A stretch of 40,907 nucleotides of DNA, from positions 1 through 40,907 of IMG/VR virus record IMGVR_UViG_3300045988_157868; one strand, given 5' to 3'. This document shows positions 40,887 to 40,907 of the stretch, in pieces. This DNA is from a virus. Position numbers and translations under genes: made by a program. Positions within the stretch are counted from its first letter, which is position 1, and each line of letters opens with the position of its first letter. Under the pieces are notes generated by a model. It was given only the letters and a program-made list of their open reading frames with translations, did not search any database and had not been told where the DNA came from.

Positions 40887-40907
40887 GTTAAACGTGGAGC
40901 TAACGGG
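40887..40907. repeat. Right copy of the 21-bp terminal direct repeat
   Basis: Identical to 1-21. Confidence 0.9.

Larger units (their letters stand above)
1..40907. mobile_element. Complete temperate siphovirus-type phage/prophage genome (actinobacterial-type)
   Basis: Contiguous packaging, head, tail, lysis, early and lysogeny modules. Integrase sits at one end and the lysis cassette at the other. Identical 21-bp sequence at both window termini. Confidence 0.85.

Noticed and set aside
1-40907. CRISPR arrays, rRNA genes, transposase/IS elements, reverse transcriptase (DGR/retron) signatures.
   Set aside because: I saw no regularly spaced repeat-spacer arrays, no rRNA-like tracts, no transposase or RT motifs (for example YxDD) in any long ORF.

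Overview
The 40,907-bp window reads as one complete temperate siphovirus-type phage or prophage genome from a high-G+C Gram-positive (actinobacterial-type) host. Supporting signs are a WhiB-like gene, leaderless-looking promoters and GC-rich structural genes. It is bounded by a perfect 21-bp direct repeat (1-21 = 40887-40907), which is either attL/attR cores or a circular-assembly overlap. From about 33.7 kb down to 0.1 kb almost everything is on the minus strand: early genes, a WhiB-like factor, HNH-like proteins, then HNH endonuclease, small AEP-like protein, TerS, TerL, portal, MuF, scaffold, capsid, head-tail connectors, major tail, chaperones with a -1 frameshift, tape measure, Dit, minor tails and fibre, antirepressor, endolysin, holin and a membrane protein. 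The right end (34.3-40.9 kb) is visibly AT-richer. It holds the lysogeny block: divergent Cro-like and repressor genes with a repeated operator motif, an ImmA/IrrE-like metalloprotease, a membrane-anchored HIRAN-like/TM2 protein, two tiny membrane peptides, an Xis-like gene, a tyrosine integrase and arm-type repeats. The observations most worth follow-up are: (1) the HIRAN/TM2 membrane protein with a duplicated leader and 5' coding segment bracketing the ImmA-like gene; (2) a MuF protein with a C-terminal papain-fold toxin-like domain plus a small candidate immunity gene, insulated by terminators; (3) a fibre-like protein with a glycoside-hydrolase-like barrel inserted between the major tail and chaperone genes; (4) a tRNA-like acceptor/T-arm minihelix ending in CCA that does not fold as a canonical tRNA; (5) a consensus promoter driving a 47-aa membrane peptide. 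All domain calls are by-eye motif recognition. No database search or folding program was run.
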